A DNA stretch of 64,000 nucleotides from Squalus acanthias. Lineage: Eukaryota. Shown one piece after another: positions 46,917 through 59,990 of this stretch. The position numbers and the translations under genes were made by a program. The notes under the pieces were generated by a model. The model made no database searches. It was not told the DNA's origin and saw nothing but the letters and a program-made list of their open reading frames with translations. Numbering within the stretch: position 1 is the stretch's first letter; every line of letters begins with the position of its first letter. The stretch covers positions 167,526,001 through 167,590,000 of the forward strand of contig CM059425.1 of NCBI GenBank assembly GCA_030390025.1, in the 5' to 3' direction.

Positions 46917-48522
46917 ATTGTAGCTTTTTAAAGCTCTTTATAATTTGTCCGTGACTACACAAACCACTCTGGGTACAGGTATATTGTGTATAAGTAAAAC
47001 AGGTTTATTAAGCATTAAACATCCAGTACAAAGACAAAGAAGTAATACTTAACAAGAAGATAGTCGCAGTCTGTTCATTCGAACTCCAGCGTTCCTTCCG
47101 AGTGACTGTGGCGCGGTCTCTTTATTCTCTTGCAGTGTTGTGTTGACTGAAGCTTCTCATCCTCTGGTTTCGCGCTGCTTTCGGTGTTCAATAGCTGTTC
47201 ATTTATACCCTTTTCTCCCTTTTGCCTACGTGGCAGCTGGTAAGCAAGCTATCCTTATCTGAAAACAACCTTCACACTAAATTCTCACAGATGTCTTGTT
47301 GCTTTGTAATTAGCTCATTGTTTAGCCGGTTCTGCATTTTTGAGAAGACAGGGAGTGGTGACTGTCTCCAGCCCCCTATCTTCTTTTGCAATGTTGCTGA
47401 ATTTCTTGTTCCCCACTATCTCCCTGTTTACTTAACAGACCATTCTACAGAATTACATCAATTTCTAACAGAGTCCAGTCAGTTTGGCATAATTTTCCCA
47501 TCCTGCTTTGGTCTCAGCCATTCGCCATTTTATACAGGATTTTTAGGTTTTTAACATACAATTTCACATATTATAGTTATTTAATAATGGTTACAAAATC
47601 TTAACAATGTTTACTAAATCCTACAGGTACACTCTATCCTACAATTGTATGCTTTTGTTTTAAATTTGATACCATCCTTTACTTCCTTAGTTAGCCATGG
47701 ATGGTTCATCCTTCTCTTAGAGTCTTTCTTTCTCTCTGGAATATATCTTTGCTGAGAGTTATGAAATACCTCCTTAAATGTTTGCCACTGCTTTTCTACA
47801 GTCTTACCCTGTAATATATTTTCCCAGTCCACTTCAACCAAGTCTGCCTTCATACCTTTGTAATTACCTTTATTTAAGTTCAGGACACTAGTTTGAGACC
47901 TAGCTTTCTCACCCTCATCTATCTTGTTACGAATGCTGCGTGCGTCAGATACTGGGCTTTTAATTTTGTCCTTTTACCATTTTCCCTACTCTGACCCCTC
48001 TTTCTGATGCGCTCTTATGTGTATACTCTCTGTCCCTTCCTGTCACACTCTGGTTATCATTACCCCTATCGCTACCCTGCACTTTTGCCTTCTCATTTTT
48101 CTTTGACTTTTTAAATTTCCGCTTAGCATATCCCTCCCCCCCACTATTTAGTTTAAAGCCCTATCTACAGCCCTAGTTATTCGATTCGCCAGGACACTGG
48201 TCCCAGCCTGGTTCAAATGAAGCCCATCCCGACGGAACAGCTCCCTCTTATCCCAGTACTGGTGCCAGTGCCCCAAGAATCGAAACCCATTTCTCCCACA
48301 CCAATCTTTGAGCCACTCATTCATCTCTCTGATCTTATTTACCCTATGCCAATTTGCACGTGGCTCAGGTAGTAATCCAGAAATTATTACCTTTGTGGTT
48401 CTGCTTTTTAATTTTGCCCCTAGCTGCTCATACTCCCTCAGCAGAACCTCTTTCTTTGTCCTACCTATGTCGTTGGTATCTACATGGACCACAACAACTG
48501 GATCTTTCCCCTCCCACTCTAA

Positions 48523-49329
48523 GGGGGCGATTTTGCCAGCCCTGGGGAGGCGGGTTTGGAGGCGGGACTGCCGGGAAAATGGCAGAATCTGGGGGCGGGT
48601 ACCCATCCCCCCCCAACTAGCCTCCGTGCCATCTTCCCAGGAGGCGGGTAGCCGACCCACGCTGGGTCCCGTCTCCTGGAGGCGGGAAGGGGATTACAGC
48701 CACTTAACTGCCTGTTAACAGGTAGTTAACAGGCAGTTAAGAGGATTATCCCCATTTTTCCACCAGAGGTGCGGGTATCCTGACGTCGGGAAACCCCACC
48801 AGAGTCACCGAGGCGAGCAGTGGGTCTGCGGGGGTCGGAGGGGTGCAAAAGTGCGCTGTGGAGGTGAGTGATGAGTGCAAGTGTGGAGAGGTAAGTATGT
48901 GAGGTGAGTGAAAAGTGATAGAAAATGTTTACTCACCTTTGTTTCTTCCTGTTGATTTCAACAGTTGGGGAACCAGAGACTCCCGCATCTCACCAGCAGA
49001 GATGACAGATGGCTGCTGCATTCTCCGATGCAACAGCCATCTGATTTCTGCTCAGCAGATAGGTTTGATGAGTCTTGAATACAAGGACTCATCAAACAAT
49101 AGAGATTGTCAGTGATTGACAGCTTCACAGATGACAGATGAAACGTCATACGCTGACGTTCTCTGTAACCGGCTTCCCCTTAATTGGCCTGCTAAGCCCG
49201 CTGGGCGGGCTTAACAAGGTCAATCAAGGGAAAATAGTGTGCGTTGGCCAGAAGCTGATGGCAGCGGGACTGAAACCCGACAAGTGGGAGTCCCGCCTCC
49301 AATGCGCCCCCATTGGCAAAATCACCCCC
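48523..49329. mobile_element. Harbinger MITE
   Basis: TIRs GGGGGCGATTTTGCCA / TGGCAAAATCACCCCC and TSD TAA; splits CR1 ORF1. Confidence 0.9.
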
Positions 49330-49937
49330 TAAATTCCTCTCCAGCCCAGAAGAGACGTCCTTTACCTTGGCACTGGGCAGGCAACATAGCCTTCGGGACT
49401 CACGCTCTTGGCTACAGAGAACAGTGTCTATCCCCCTAAATATACTGTCCCCTACCACTATCACATTTCTTTTTGCTCACCCCACTTGAATGGCTCCCTG
49501 TACCACGGTGCTGTAGTCAGTTTGCTCATCCTCACTGCAGTCCCTGCTCTTGTCCACACAGGGAGTAAGAACCTTGTAACTGTTGGACAAGAGCAAAGGC
49601 TGAGACTCCTCCACCACTACCTCCTGGTTCCCCATACCTGCTTCTCTCATAGTCACACCCACCTGTCCCTGACCACGAACCAAATTTGAATTAATTAATC
49701 TAAGGGGTGTGACTGCCTCCTGGAACACAGCGTCCAGGTAACTCTGCCCCACCCTGATGTTTCGCAGTGTTTGAAGCTTGGACTCCAGCTCATCAACACG
49801 GAGCCGAAGTTCCTCGAGCAACCAACACTTACTGCAAATGTGGTCGCCGTGGACCTCAATGGTGTCCACCAGCTTCCACACGTTGCGGAAGTAACACATC
49901 ACCTGCCCTGCCATCGCTAATGTATTTAATTAATTAA

Positions 49938-50826
49938 GGGGGAGGAATTCGGTATCGCCCCGTTTGGGGCGCAATTATTGGCCGGGCGCAAAGTTTAGTG
50001 CCTGGCGCTAATTATCGCCTCCGGCTGCAAACTTGGCTTCTATCGCCCCTGGAGGTGATTGGAGCACTAAATCAGGCACTACACACCTCTCTTAAGGCAC
50101 TAACGCCAAGGAGCGAGGCGCTACCTCAGATCGCTGGCAAAGCTCATGTGATGTCAGTCAGCAATGGAACACAGACACATTGGCGCTGGCCAGTTCTTAA
50201 ACGGGAGGGTCGATCATGTTCTTCATCCACACCCTGCTCATTGCAGCCTTGAATCTTGGCCTGGAGAGACCTGTACATCAAATCTGCTGGAAAGAACAAT
50301 GGAGAGGCCCAGGGAAAGAGCTCAGAGTGCAGCCCCCATAGACTCTTCTAAATCGATGCAAGGATGGTCAGATCAAAAGGAACCTGCAAAGTGCTGCTCA
50401 GTACCCAAAACTCCTTCACACAACGTTGAATTTCTCCAGAAGTCTCTCTCTCTCTCAGAATACATGGTACAAAAATGTCGCCGACAAAAAAAGGCAGGAA
50501 GTGGTCACCTTTAAATAGCGCTCCCCCAGTCCCTTCCCGACTGCAAAACGCTCCCCTCAACCTGTCATTGCTAGCGGCAGACGGTAAGGCAGGGGGCGCC
50601 ACTCAATATCTGGTCCGGGGCGCTACCGGGGCATTGCACGCTCGACTGACGTCACGATCTGTGGGCGCAGGAGATCGTGGCGGTAGTGTTCAGCACTGCC
50701 GCAAAATGCCTGGTCAATTTCACGAGCGGCGCAAACATCGCTGCGCCCGGGCGCTAGTTGCTTTGCGCCCACTAGCGCCCTCTTAGGGCACCAACGGGAG
50801 GCGCAAAGCAACTGAATTTTTCCCCC
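49938..50826 (-). mobile_element. Internal-deletion derivative related to the autonomous Harbinger, in reverse orientation
   Basis: TIRs GGGGGAGGAATT / AATTTTTCCCCC and TSD TAA. The halves resemble 59960-60352 and 56201-56650. Confidence 0.88.
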
Positions 50827-51414
50827 TAAGTGTTTAAGTTTTGAATGTTTAGTTTTTAATCCTGGCTTCTAATTTAAACCAATGCCCAAGAAAAAGAGAG
50901 AAATACTGACCAACCAATCGCTTCCCTGCTTTCCTGCGACGTCAGCCCTTGTTTTTTGTTGTACTTTAAATCACCTGTTCCCTCACAGGTCGGTCCGCTC
51001 CCGCTGCTGCTGCCAATAGCTCGGTCTGGGCCTCGAGCCTCGGGCTTTATTTACTCGCTCTGCTTTCGCCTGACCCCTCACAGGTCGGTCCGCTCCCACT
51101 GCTGCTCCCACTGATGTCATAAGGCATGAAAGTGAATGTCACCTGACCCCAGAGACTCTATTACTTCCATAATTCACTTCAACACAACTTTTATTTTACA
51201 CTACTGTATAGTTGTTATATTATAGGGTAAATGTGAGACTCCACTCTCAGCAGGAGCATAGTTGGAGAATTGGTCATGTGAGACTCCTGATTTACCAGTC
51301 GATAAAATTAGTGGAAGCAAATTGGAAGCACTATTGTTAGAAAAGCTATATTGTGAGATTTTGTTCAGGTTCCATCTTGTACTCTGAACTCCATTTTATG
51401 GTTATAAAGGCAGT

Positions 51415-53736
51415 GGCCTAGAAATTCGATTGCTCTGAGCCTACAAGAGCCATACCACCGCCAGAAACATTATCGCCGGCATGCTCAAGCAACACTTCTG
51501 TTGCCTGGACCATTCGGGAGAAGCTTTGCAGCACAGCTCTATTCATATGGGCCCCAATTTTAACTCCAGGTGGATTTCCCGCTCAGGCCGGAGTTAAAAT
51601 TACAGTCGGGTCTCAATTATGTCACTGGGCCACAAGTTGCATATGTAAAGAAGGATCTTGTTGGCTCCGGGCACGTGTCCTTGCTGTCTGCTCAGGAGAG
51701 CAGGTTAAAATTGCAGATGTTGCGATCATGGCGGCTTTCGGACAGGTAAGAGCCAGGGCGATTTTAAATGCCCACCCACCAGGTTTCTGTTGAGCGAGTA
51801 GGGAGTAGGGATAAAAATCGCTCCTGTGTCCAGATTTGAATCATCTGCCACAATGAGGGACTAGCCCTTACCTCCACTTGGGCAGCAAGAATTTTAGGAG
51901 AAGGAAGAGGCAGAGTAGGAGCATCATCGGTGACCAGTGCATCCAGCTGCCAGAGCTCTTAGAGAGCAGCTCATCGAAGAGTGAGCCATCCCCAATCACC
52001 AACAGACCCGCTATCCTTATCACCACCATCCATACTACCACCCTCTGATTGGCTTCCATCAGTCCAGCCTTATGGATCATGCCCTCACTTCACTATAAAT
52101 ATTAACACCAACACCAAATCAAAATCAAAAAATAAATTTATCAAACAACTCAATTCCATCTGTGCCCAATAGTTAACAGGAATAAGTAAGAATCACCCTT
52201 GTGCAATCCCTTAGTGCCTGTCTTCGTGCTCATTTACCTATCCTAATGCTCCTACAAAGTGTTTCCCCAGTAACTACAGCTTGGGAGGTGGAAGGCTGCT
52301 GAGCTTCCATTGAGGACACTTCAGATGACTATGGTGGGCGACCTCGAGCAGCTCTGGGCCAGGGCAATGTGGCACTGACAAGTGCACTGATGGAATGGGA
52401 GGAGGGGGACAGGGCATGCAGTCATCCTGAGAGAGTTTGGCAGATGACTCTCCCATGGAGCCAAGGCTACTCTCCTGGGACTGCGCCTCAGCACTCCTAC
52501 AGCTCTGCGCAAGATCAGAGTGCTAGAGTAATGTGATGCTCTGGAAGCCCCTCTCAACACTGGTCCTCACAGCCAAGATGACAGCCATGTGAGCTGCCAT
52601 GGAACCTGTCCGAGCTGTCAGCAGAGTTTTCATTATGGTGGTCGCCACTCGTTTTCATGGAGCTGACCATTGGGTTTGACAGAATGGTCTCCATGCTCTG
52701 CGCGAAGCCCTGACACAAGTTGGAGCTGGACACTTTCATGCTCTGAGCCATTGCACATAAGCTACCTGGCAAGCTTCCCAGTGCACTTAGTATTTCCTGG
52801 TGCATGTTCATCGGCCTAGGCCCTTGAAGTCAGCATCTGAGTCCTCTGGAGCAGAGGCAGTATGTGATCTCGATGCCACAGGTGATCAGGCAAGCTGGCA
52901 CCTGTGGCATCCTTTCCCCCTGCCCTAGATCTTGCACACTTGTGGCCGGTGACTCACCACATGGAGATCCCCTTCTCTAGCCTACCCTCTAAAATATGTG
53001 TGGTGCCAGTCTCTAATGTGAACGGAGAACAGAGAGAGAAGTGGCTGGTGAAAGCAGCCACAGTTTATCATACAGAGTGTGTAGGGAGAGATAGAAGTAA
53101 GAAGAGAAAAAAAGAACAAGGCAATGCCTCCTACAGCATTGCCACTCACCACGCCATGACTCTTCTCCCCCCGCGGCCCATGATGGCCAGCACGCTTTCT
53201 TCCAGAGAGGAGAGGATGTGCAGGTGGGCTTGACCACCTGTCACAAGTTTTGCATTACCTTCTCCTGCAAGAATGGAGTGTGTTAGTAACATTCTTGTGA
53301 GGTGTTTAAACAATGTGGCTGTCATGGTAGAATAGTTTGTATGTTGTGTGGAAGATAAGCCCCTGGCATTAACCTCCTCAGTGATCTCTTCCCACTGGCG
53401 GTAGAGGTACTTCCCCAAGGGAAACAGGATCTCCCTCCACCTATCCATTGCCTGAAGCACAGCCTCCAATGCTGCATCAGAGGACCTGGATGCCCTGGAT
53501 GTTTGCAGCCAAAGTGCACCTCCCCTTTAAGAAGTGCTGGCTGCCTTTAAGTGGCATCAGTCAAGCCCAACCTCCTGCCCCCCCCAAACAGGTGTGCAGC
53601 CAATAAATAGCATTGACTGCATGCTTGAGTCATGATAATGATCTTCCAGTACCAATTTCACATGGTCCTTGTGACTGCGTAAACATGTGCGTGCATCCCA
53701 TCCCCGCATGCCTGGTTTTGATCAAATGTCTAGACT
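51415..53736 (-). mobile_element. Old Harbinger element with a degraded Myb/SANT gene and a possible small nested MITE (~51549-51824)
   Basis: Degenerate TIRs GGCCTAGAAATT / AATGTCTAGACT and TSD AGT/AGC. Peptides AMDRWREILFP...QWEEITEEVNAR and MHQEILSALGSLPGSL. Confidence 0.65.
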
Positions 53737-55785
53737 AGCGTCTGCAGAAAACTGCCGTTGTTGTTGTTTTGTATGACGGGAAAAGCTGAAAAATGGAATG
53801 TCTAGTTTGACTATCCATTCGATGGCCTCCTGAGATGCCGATGGAGAAATTAGGTGCCTCCCGCAACAAGTCTTAGTGGGCAGGTTGATGTGATGTGTTC
53901 CATGGTCTGGGACTCATGGCCACAGTCGCACTTCGGGTCGCTCCTCATCTTCCACTTGTGGAGCAGGCGGCCGCATCGTCCATGCGGCAGATTGGGTTGA
54001 GCGCTGTCCACTGTCTTCGAGGGAGGTTGAAGCCAGGGACCTCTGCTGTTGGGTCAGTGATGAGGTGTTGGTTCTTTATGTTGCATGTGTCCCATGATTC
54101 CATCCATCTGGATAGTGGGTCGCTACCAGCTACATAAATATTGGCAGCTGTTTCCCAGAATGGCCGGCGCGATTTTAAGCGCTTTCATGGTGGGTTTTTC
54201 AAGGCATGGGAAGGTCGATGTTGCTCATGATTTTTTCTATTTCATGGAGCACGGTGGCGTCGCGGCGAATGGCATGCAGGGCAATGTGGGACAGCACTGG
54301 GAGTCACTCAGTTGGAGTGGACTTGAGCATTCCTGACACTGTCCTCATGGCGGCGTTTAGCTACATGTCCACGATCTTTGTGTGGCGGCTGCAGGACCAT
54401 GAGGCAGAGCAGTATTCTGCAGCAGAGTAGACCAGGGCCACTGTTGAGGTGTGAAGTCCAGCGAGTTTCCAGACCAGGTTCACCCTGGTTTTTACTTTTT
54501 GGCCGGCGTTGGTGAGATGAGGCTTATAGGTCAGAGTCCTGTGCAGGGTGATGGGGTATTTTGGGCGGGGTTCATGGATAAGTCACCTTCCGCAAAAGGA
54601 AACGTTGAGTTCTTTCCCGGCGGCATTGTTGTTCAGATGGAACGCCGACGCAACTGTCTTCTCTGGATTGGGATGGAGCTAAGAATGTCCGGAAGTAATA
54701 TTCCAGTAGGTCCAGGTCGCTTGTTAGCATTGTTGCCAGGAAAACCAGCCAATGATCCCAAAAGCTACCGCCCCATCGCCCTTCTGTCTATGGTCTACAA
54801 GGTGGTCGAATGGCTCTACCTTAACCGGATAAAACCGGCTTTAGAAGCTGCCCTCCCAAATGAGCAGGCGGGCTTGACTAGGTCCTTGCACTCACTAACC
54901 ACATTGAGGCAGGGTTCCAGAAGCAGCTGAAGACTAGAACTGCTTACATAGACTTGTCATCGACATACGACACTGTCTGGCCTGATGGTCTGATGCTGAA
55001 TCTTTCAATAATCATTGAATACCGCAAGACTCTCAGGCTTATCAACACACTAACGAGCAACCATAAGTTCCACGTGTAGGGGGTGGTGGTTTGTGTCAGC
55101 TTTACCTCTGACCTCTGAGCGGTTCGAATCGCTCCCACTCCCTTGGTTCTAGACATTGGACTTATTTGGGGGTTGTGATACAAAAGGTGCAGCAGACAAC
55201 TGAGTTTGATGAAAGAACTTCAATCTTTATTAAAAGGTAAGACACAAATAATAATACTCTTAACACTCTAAAGGTGGGGACCACTTCGGTACAAGCGAGG
55301 GAAATGACAGTAGAACAATACTTCACCCCTCCCAACCCCACTTTACTAGCTAAGTTAGGTTTTGAAGGACCAGGGATAATGCTCACCAATCCTTTGACAG
55401 TTGGGCTAAATCGCGGTTTTGGGGTTCGCTGTTTATGGCGGTTAGTGTCTGCTGTACCCCGTACGCGGTAGAGGACTTCACCTGGGTCTCTGGTCAGTCT
55501 TCGTGAGTCCGCTGATGCGGTAGGATGTCGTTTTGGATTTATCTGGTGAGTATTCAATTTCTTTAGTTCAGCAGTAGGGCTTAGAGTCTTTGGGGAAAAT
55601 CTTACCCAGGGGTAAGTCAGGAGTAGTTTGTAGTGTGGAAACTTTGCGATTCTTCGGGTTTTCTTCCCTGGAGTTGGTCTTTGTTGGTCACGGTGGCCTG
55701 CTATTACCCGGTCAGTCGGGGGGTAATGCACAGTTGTTGGTTTCGTGAGGCCTTTGGTTTCCGTGATGGCTTTAGGCTTTGTTTA

Positions 55786-56200
55786 ACACGGTGGCATAGT
55801 GGTTAGCACTGGTGCCTCACAGCGCCAGGGACCCGGGTTCGAATCTGACCTCGGGTGACTGTCTGTGTAGAGTTTGCACATTCTCCCCGTGTCTGCGTGG
55901 GTTTCCTCCGGGTGCTCCGGTTTCCTCCCACAGTCCAAAAATGTGCGGCTTAGGTTGATTTGGCTATGATAAATTGACCCTTAGTCTTAGGGGGGGATTA
56001 AATATGTGGGGTTATGGGGATAGGATGGGATATGTTAGGGGGAATTAAATATGTGGGGTTACGGGGGTAGGGTGGGATATGTGTACTGTGGGGATTAAAG
56101 CAGGGACAGGGTACTGGATTTGGATGATCAGCCATGATCGTATTGAATGGTGGAGCAGGCTCGACGGGCCGAATGGCCTACTCCTGCTCCGAGATTCTAT
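55786..56200 (+). mobile_element. V-SINE (HE1-like) with a CR1-derived tail, which finishes at ~60368
   Basis: A box GTGGCATAGTGG, B box GGTTCGAATC, V-domain TTCTCCCCGTGTCTGCGTGGGTTTCCTCCGGGTGCTCCGGTTTCCTCCCACAGTCCAAA and tail GGGCCGAATGGCCTACTCCTGCTCC. Confidence 0.9.
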
Positions 56201-56703
56201 GGGGGGAAAATTCAGTTGGTTGCGCCTCCCGTTAGCACCTTAAGAGGGCGCTAATGGGGCGCAAAGCCGCTAGCGCCCGGGCGCAGCGATGTTTGCGCCG
56301 CTCGGGAACTTAACTAGACATTGTGCGGCGGCGCTAAACCTCACCGCCGCGACCACCTGCGCGCGCAGATTGTGACGTCATTCCATGGTGCAACGCCCTT
56401 GTGGCGCCCCAGAGCGGAAATTGAGTGGCGCCCCCTGCCTTACCGCCTGGTGCATCCAACGACCGGAAGACTGGAACGCTATCAATCGCTGTGGGGCTGG
56501 GGGGGGGGCGCTATTTAAAGGGGGCCTTTTTCTGTGGTTGACATTTTTGCACCACTCGTTCTGAGAGAGAGAGAGAGATTCGGAGAGAGAGAAAGAGAGA
56601 CTTCTGCATTGAGTCAACGCTGTGTGAGGTAGTTTTGCCTACTGATCCTAACTTCGCTGCTACTTTGGTTGCTGTCCTTCATAACTTTGCTTGCAAAGAG
56701 ACT

Positions 56704-57855
56704 ATGGGGGCTGCACTGATTGGGGGCGTTGTCCTGCTCCAGCTGAATCGGAGGACACAGAGATGCAGAGAGAGAGTGGCAATGATGGACAGACGGAGGA
56801 GGGCCAACAGGCGTATGTACAGGAGAGCTTACCCTCCCAGGGTATATCGTGAACAGCTCTCCTACATTCATATGTCTGAGGAGCTGTGTTTGCGAAGGCT
56901 GCGATTCAGCAAGGAGGTGGTCACTGAGCTCTGCCACCTGCTGCAGCCAGATCTGCAGCCTCAACTGAGGTCCAGGACGTCTCTGTCGGTGGCAGTGAAG
57001 GTCACAGTGGCTCTCAACTTCTATGCTACTGGCTCATTTCAAGCTGCTGCTGGGGACCTCGCCAATATCTCCCAGTTCGCGGTGCATTGCTGCATCCGGC
57101 AGGTCACAAATGCCCTCTTTAAAAGGAGACGAGAGTTCATCTCTTTCCCCATGACCCCAGACAAGCAGCGTGACCGCGCTCTGGGCTTTGCGAGGATAGC
57201 GGGCTTCCCCATGGTGCAGGGCGCCATTGACTGCACGCATGTGGCTTTGCGTGCTCCGCATGAGAATGCCGAGGAATTCCGGAACAGAAAGGGGTTCCAT
57301 TCCTTGAATGTTCAGTTGGTCTGTGACCACAGACAGCTGATACTCGCTGTCAATGCCCACTATCCTGGCAGCTGCCACGATGCTTTCATCCTGCGCCAGA
57401 CTACTGTGGCAGAACTTTTCGAGGCACCGCATCAGCCAGTTGGTTGGCTTCTCGGGGACAAGGGGTATCCATTGAGCACCTGGCTGATGACACCGCTCCG
57501 TACGCCCAACACCCCTGCTGAGCTGCGGTACAATGAGAGCCATCAAGCTACCAGGAACATCATTGAGCGCACAATCGGCGTGCTGAAGCAACGGTTCCGC
57601 TGTCTCGACCATTCTGGAGGAGCCCTGCAGTACTCGCCTGAGCGAGTATCCAACTTCGTAGTTGTGTGCTGCATGTTGCATAACATGGCAATCGTCAGGA
57701 CCCAGCCAATGCCACCAGGCCTTGGAGCACCACCAGAGGAGGAGGAGGAAGAGGACGAGGAGGATGATCATCAGCAGCACCAAGGCGGGAGGGCGGCCCA
57801 CAATGGTGAAACTGCAAAGGCCGTCCGTCAACGGCTGATAGCAAGCCGCTTCTAG
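56704..57855 (+). CDS. Harbinger DDE transposase (HARBI1-like), 383 aa
   Basis: HTH region plus GAIDCTH, NRKGFHSLNVQLVCD, PGSCHD, LLGDKGY and RNIIERTIGVLKQRFRCL; no disruption. Confidence 0.95.
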   Translation: MGAALIGGVVLLQLNRRTQRCRERVAMMDRRRRANRRMYRRAYPPRVYREQLSYIHMSEELCLRRLRFSKEVVTELCHLLQPDLQPQLRSRTSLSVAVKVTVALNFYATGSFQAAAGDLANISQFAVHCCIRQVTNALFKRRREFISFPMTPDKQRDRALGFARIAGFPMVQGAIDCTHVALRAPHENAEEFRNRKGFHSLNVQLVCDHRQLILAVNAHYPGSCHDAFILRQTTVAELFEAPHQPVGWLLGDKGYPLSTWLMTPLRTPNTPAELRYNESHQATRNIIERTIGVLKQRFRCLDHSGGALQYSPERVSNFVVVCCMLHNMAIVRTQPMPPGLGAPPEEEEEEDEEDDHQQHQGGRAAHNGETAKAVRQRLIASRF

Positions 57856-58167
57856 GGCCCCTGCTGTGGAAATGGCTTCTGCCATTGCTAACAACATCAA
57901 TGAACCCAGCACGCAACCCCTAAGCCGGCCAAGGCACCAATGATTCCAAACACCAAACATGTATATTTTGAATACAAAAACTTATTTATTTTACAAACTC
58001 TGTGTGTGTCATTTCCTCATGACAAACTCATAGAAATAAACACAAAAAAACAGTCATTAACATAACTGGTTCTCACAACCTGGAGATAATGTCCAAAACA
58101 CTAAACAAAAGTTGGACCACGAACCTCGGCCTTTAATAAAAAAATGACCAGCATTTTGTCACACCTC

Positions 58168-59990
58168 CTACTTTTTGCCCTTCGAGGGTGATCTCCTTCC
58201 CTTGTGCACTTCCCCCCTTCTAACCCTACTGCTCCTCCGTAATGGGACCTCAGTGGCTGCAGCAAGGCTGGTGGAAGGCTGCTGATCGTCAGACCCTGAC
58301 ACTGCAGATGCCCCTGAAGGACGGCCTCGACCAGTTCTGGGCCTGGAGGGCCCAGCTGCAGACTGCACCAACTCTGCATGGGCGGCAGCAGTCTGTCCTA
58401 CAGGCGGTGGCAAGTGCAGTGGAGAAGTGACAGTGTTGGCAGCAGGAATGCTGTCATCGTGAGAGAGGACAGCAACTCCCTGCTCGCCCGACACACTGGC
58501 ACTCCCACGGGGCAGCACTTCAGCAACCGGACCAATCTGCTGAAGCACAGATTGCTGGCCTGCTGCGGCGCGGTGAGAGCTCCGGGGACATGTGAACGAA
58601 CCATCGAGGTTGGCAGCAGTCAGTGCTCGCGTGGCCTCAATCTGAGTCTGCATGAGAGCAGTCAGAGATGGGATCACAGCAGTCAGTGACTGAATTGCAG
58701 CACTAAGCGTTAGTGTGGCATCCGCCTGTGCTACAGCGAAGTGCTCCACACTCCTTGCCAGTGACTCAATGCATTCGGGCACCCTTCCCACTGCACCCAT
58801 GAGCTCAGTGTGCATGCCCACCGCCTGGGTGTTCATTTCTGCGAACAGCCGCTCCTCCTCTGCGTCCATTGCAGTAGGAGTCTCTGGCCTACTCTCCCTC
58901 TGGGGAGAAGGCCCCTGTTCTTCCCTACCCCCATGGCGTTGCTGCAGCCCGCTGGGTCCTGGAGCTTCACCCTCATCAGACCCTTCCCCCCTGCTCCCCT
59001 CCAGGGAAGGCGTGTTCCCAGTGTGGGCATGGGCTTCCTCGGGAGAGGGTGGCACTGATGCTCCGGCTTCCTCTTCCTCCTCGGCTGCAGCTTCACTCCC
59101 ACTGGCAGCTTCAGGGCCCGTCTCCTCAGCTGGTGAATCACCATCTGAAAGCAGGGAGGTACAAGAGTGGCTTTAGCGTGAGAACAGGGTGGCAGTAAGG
59201 GAGGAATAAGTGCAGCGAGTTAGCAAGTTGGATTGAAAGTGTCAAAGGCTGGTGTTGTGAGGGACAAGTGGAAGGACAGAGGACAAAAAGGTGATGATGA
59301 CCTTACCATTGCTGTCCAGAACGGGGTCGGCGTCTCCAGTGGCGACGGGACCGATCACCCGGCTTGCCACAATCCTGTGGACGCGCTCCTCAAGATCGCT
59401 GAGGGGTTGCAGCTGAGGCCGCCCTCCACCTGTCCGTTGCTGCTGTCTCCGATTATGCGCCAGCTTGGCCTGCAAGAAAAAGGACAGCATCTGAGTAAAT
59501 ATACAGCCATGGTCTTGCCTGATGTGCCTCCCATAGGTGAATAGCCCTTACTGTATGCAGCCATGGTCTTGCCTGATGTGCCTCCCATAGGTGAATAGCC
59601 CTTACTGTATGCAAAGTGTGGAATGTGTGTGTGTGTTTCATGAAAGGGCCATAGGTGTTGGATGAGTGTTGTGCATTGGGGTTTTAAGACCCTCTGGCCA
59701 TAGAGTGAGGTTGAGATGGAGGGATGGAGAGGTATTGAGAAAAAGCCACTCACCCTGACGACCCGAGTGAGGTCGTTGAACTTTTTGCGGCATTGAACAT
59801 GGGTCCTGGGCACCATGCTCCTGGAGGAGACGCTCTGAGCCACCTCCCTCCACACTCTTCTGTACTCGCGTGGCAAAGGCCTCCTGCCACTCTCAGGGAA
59901 GAGTATACATCTTCTGCGCTCCACCGCGCCAACCAGAGCATCCAAGGCCCGCTCGGTGAAGCGCTGAGCTCGTTCTCTCACCCTCTCCAT
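58168..59990 (-). CDS. Harbinger Myb/SANT-like DNA-binding protein, three exons, 458 aa
   Basis: Exons 59990-59754, 59469-59307 and 59144-58168 with GTGAGT/GTAAGG donors and CAG acceptors. The total of 1377 nt splices in frame. RAQRFTERALDALV...WREVA...QCRKKFNDL. Confidence 0.88.
59504..59613. repeat. Perfect 2 x 54-bp tandem duplication in Myb intron 1
   Basis: CAGCCATGGTCTTGCCTGATGTGCCTCCCATAGGTGAATAGCCCTTACTGTATG occurs twice. Confidence 0.95.

Larger units (their letters stand above)
31571..47643 (-). mobile_element. Pol-less retrovirus-like LTR element (5' LTR ~46919-47643, truncated 3' LTR 31571-31894) hosting several nested insertions
   Basis: 31571-31887 matches 47240-47556 with 3 mismatches by eye. 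TGTAG...CTACA termini, tRNA-Lys PBS, gag-like and env-like remnants. Confidence 0.8.
47644..51110 (-). mobile_element. CR1 LINE 5' part (5' UTR, ORF1 zinc finger/leucine zipper/SGNH esterase, deleted ORF2 start) with two MITE inserts
   Basis: HICSKCWLLEELRLRVDELE, IVVGDSI, VHVDTND and DGLHLN peptides; tether peptide at 47644-47853. Confidence 0.85.

Noticed and set aside
55786..55860. tRNA gene
   Set aside because: The A and B boxes run straight into a V-domain and a LINE tail, so it is a SINE head.
57034..57960. 308-aa antisense ORF
   Set aside because: It is a shadow of the transposase frame with no recognisable motif.
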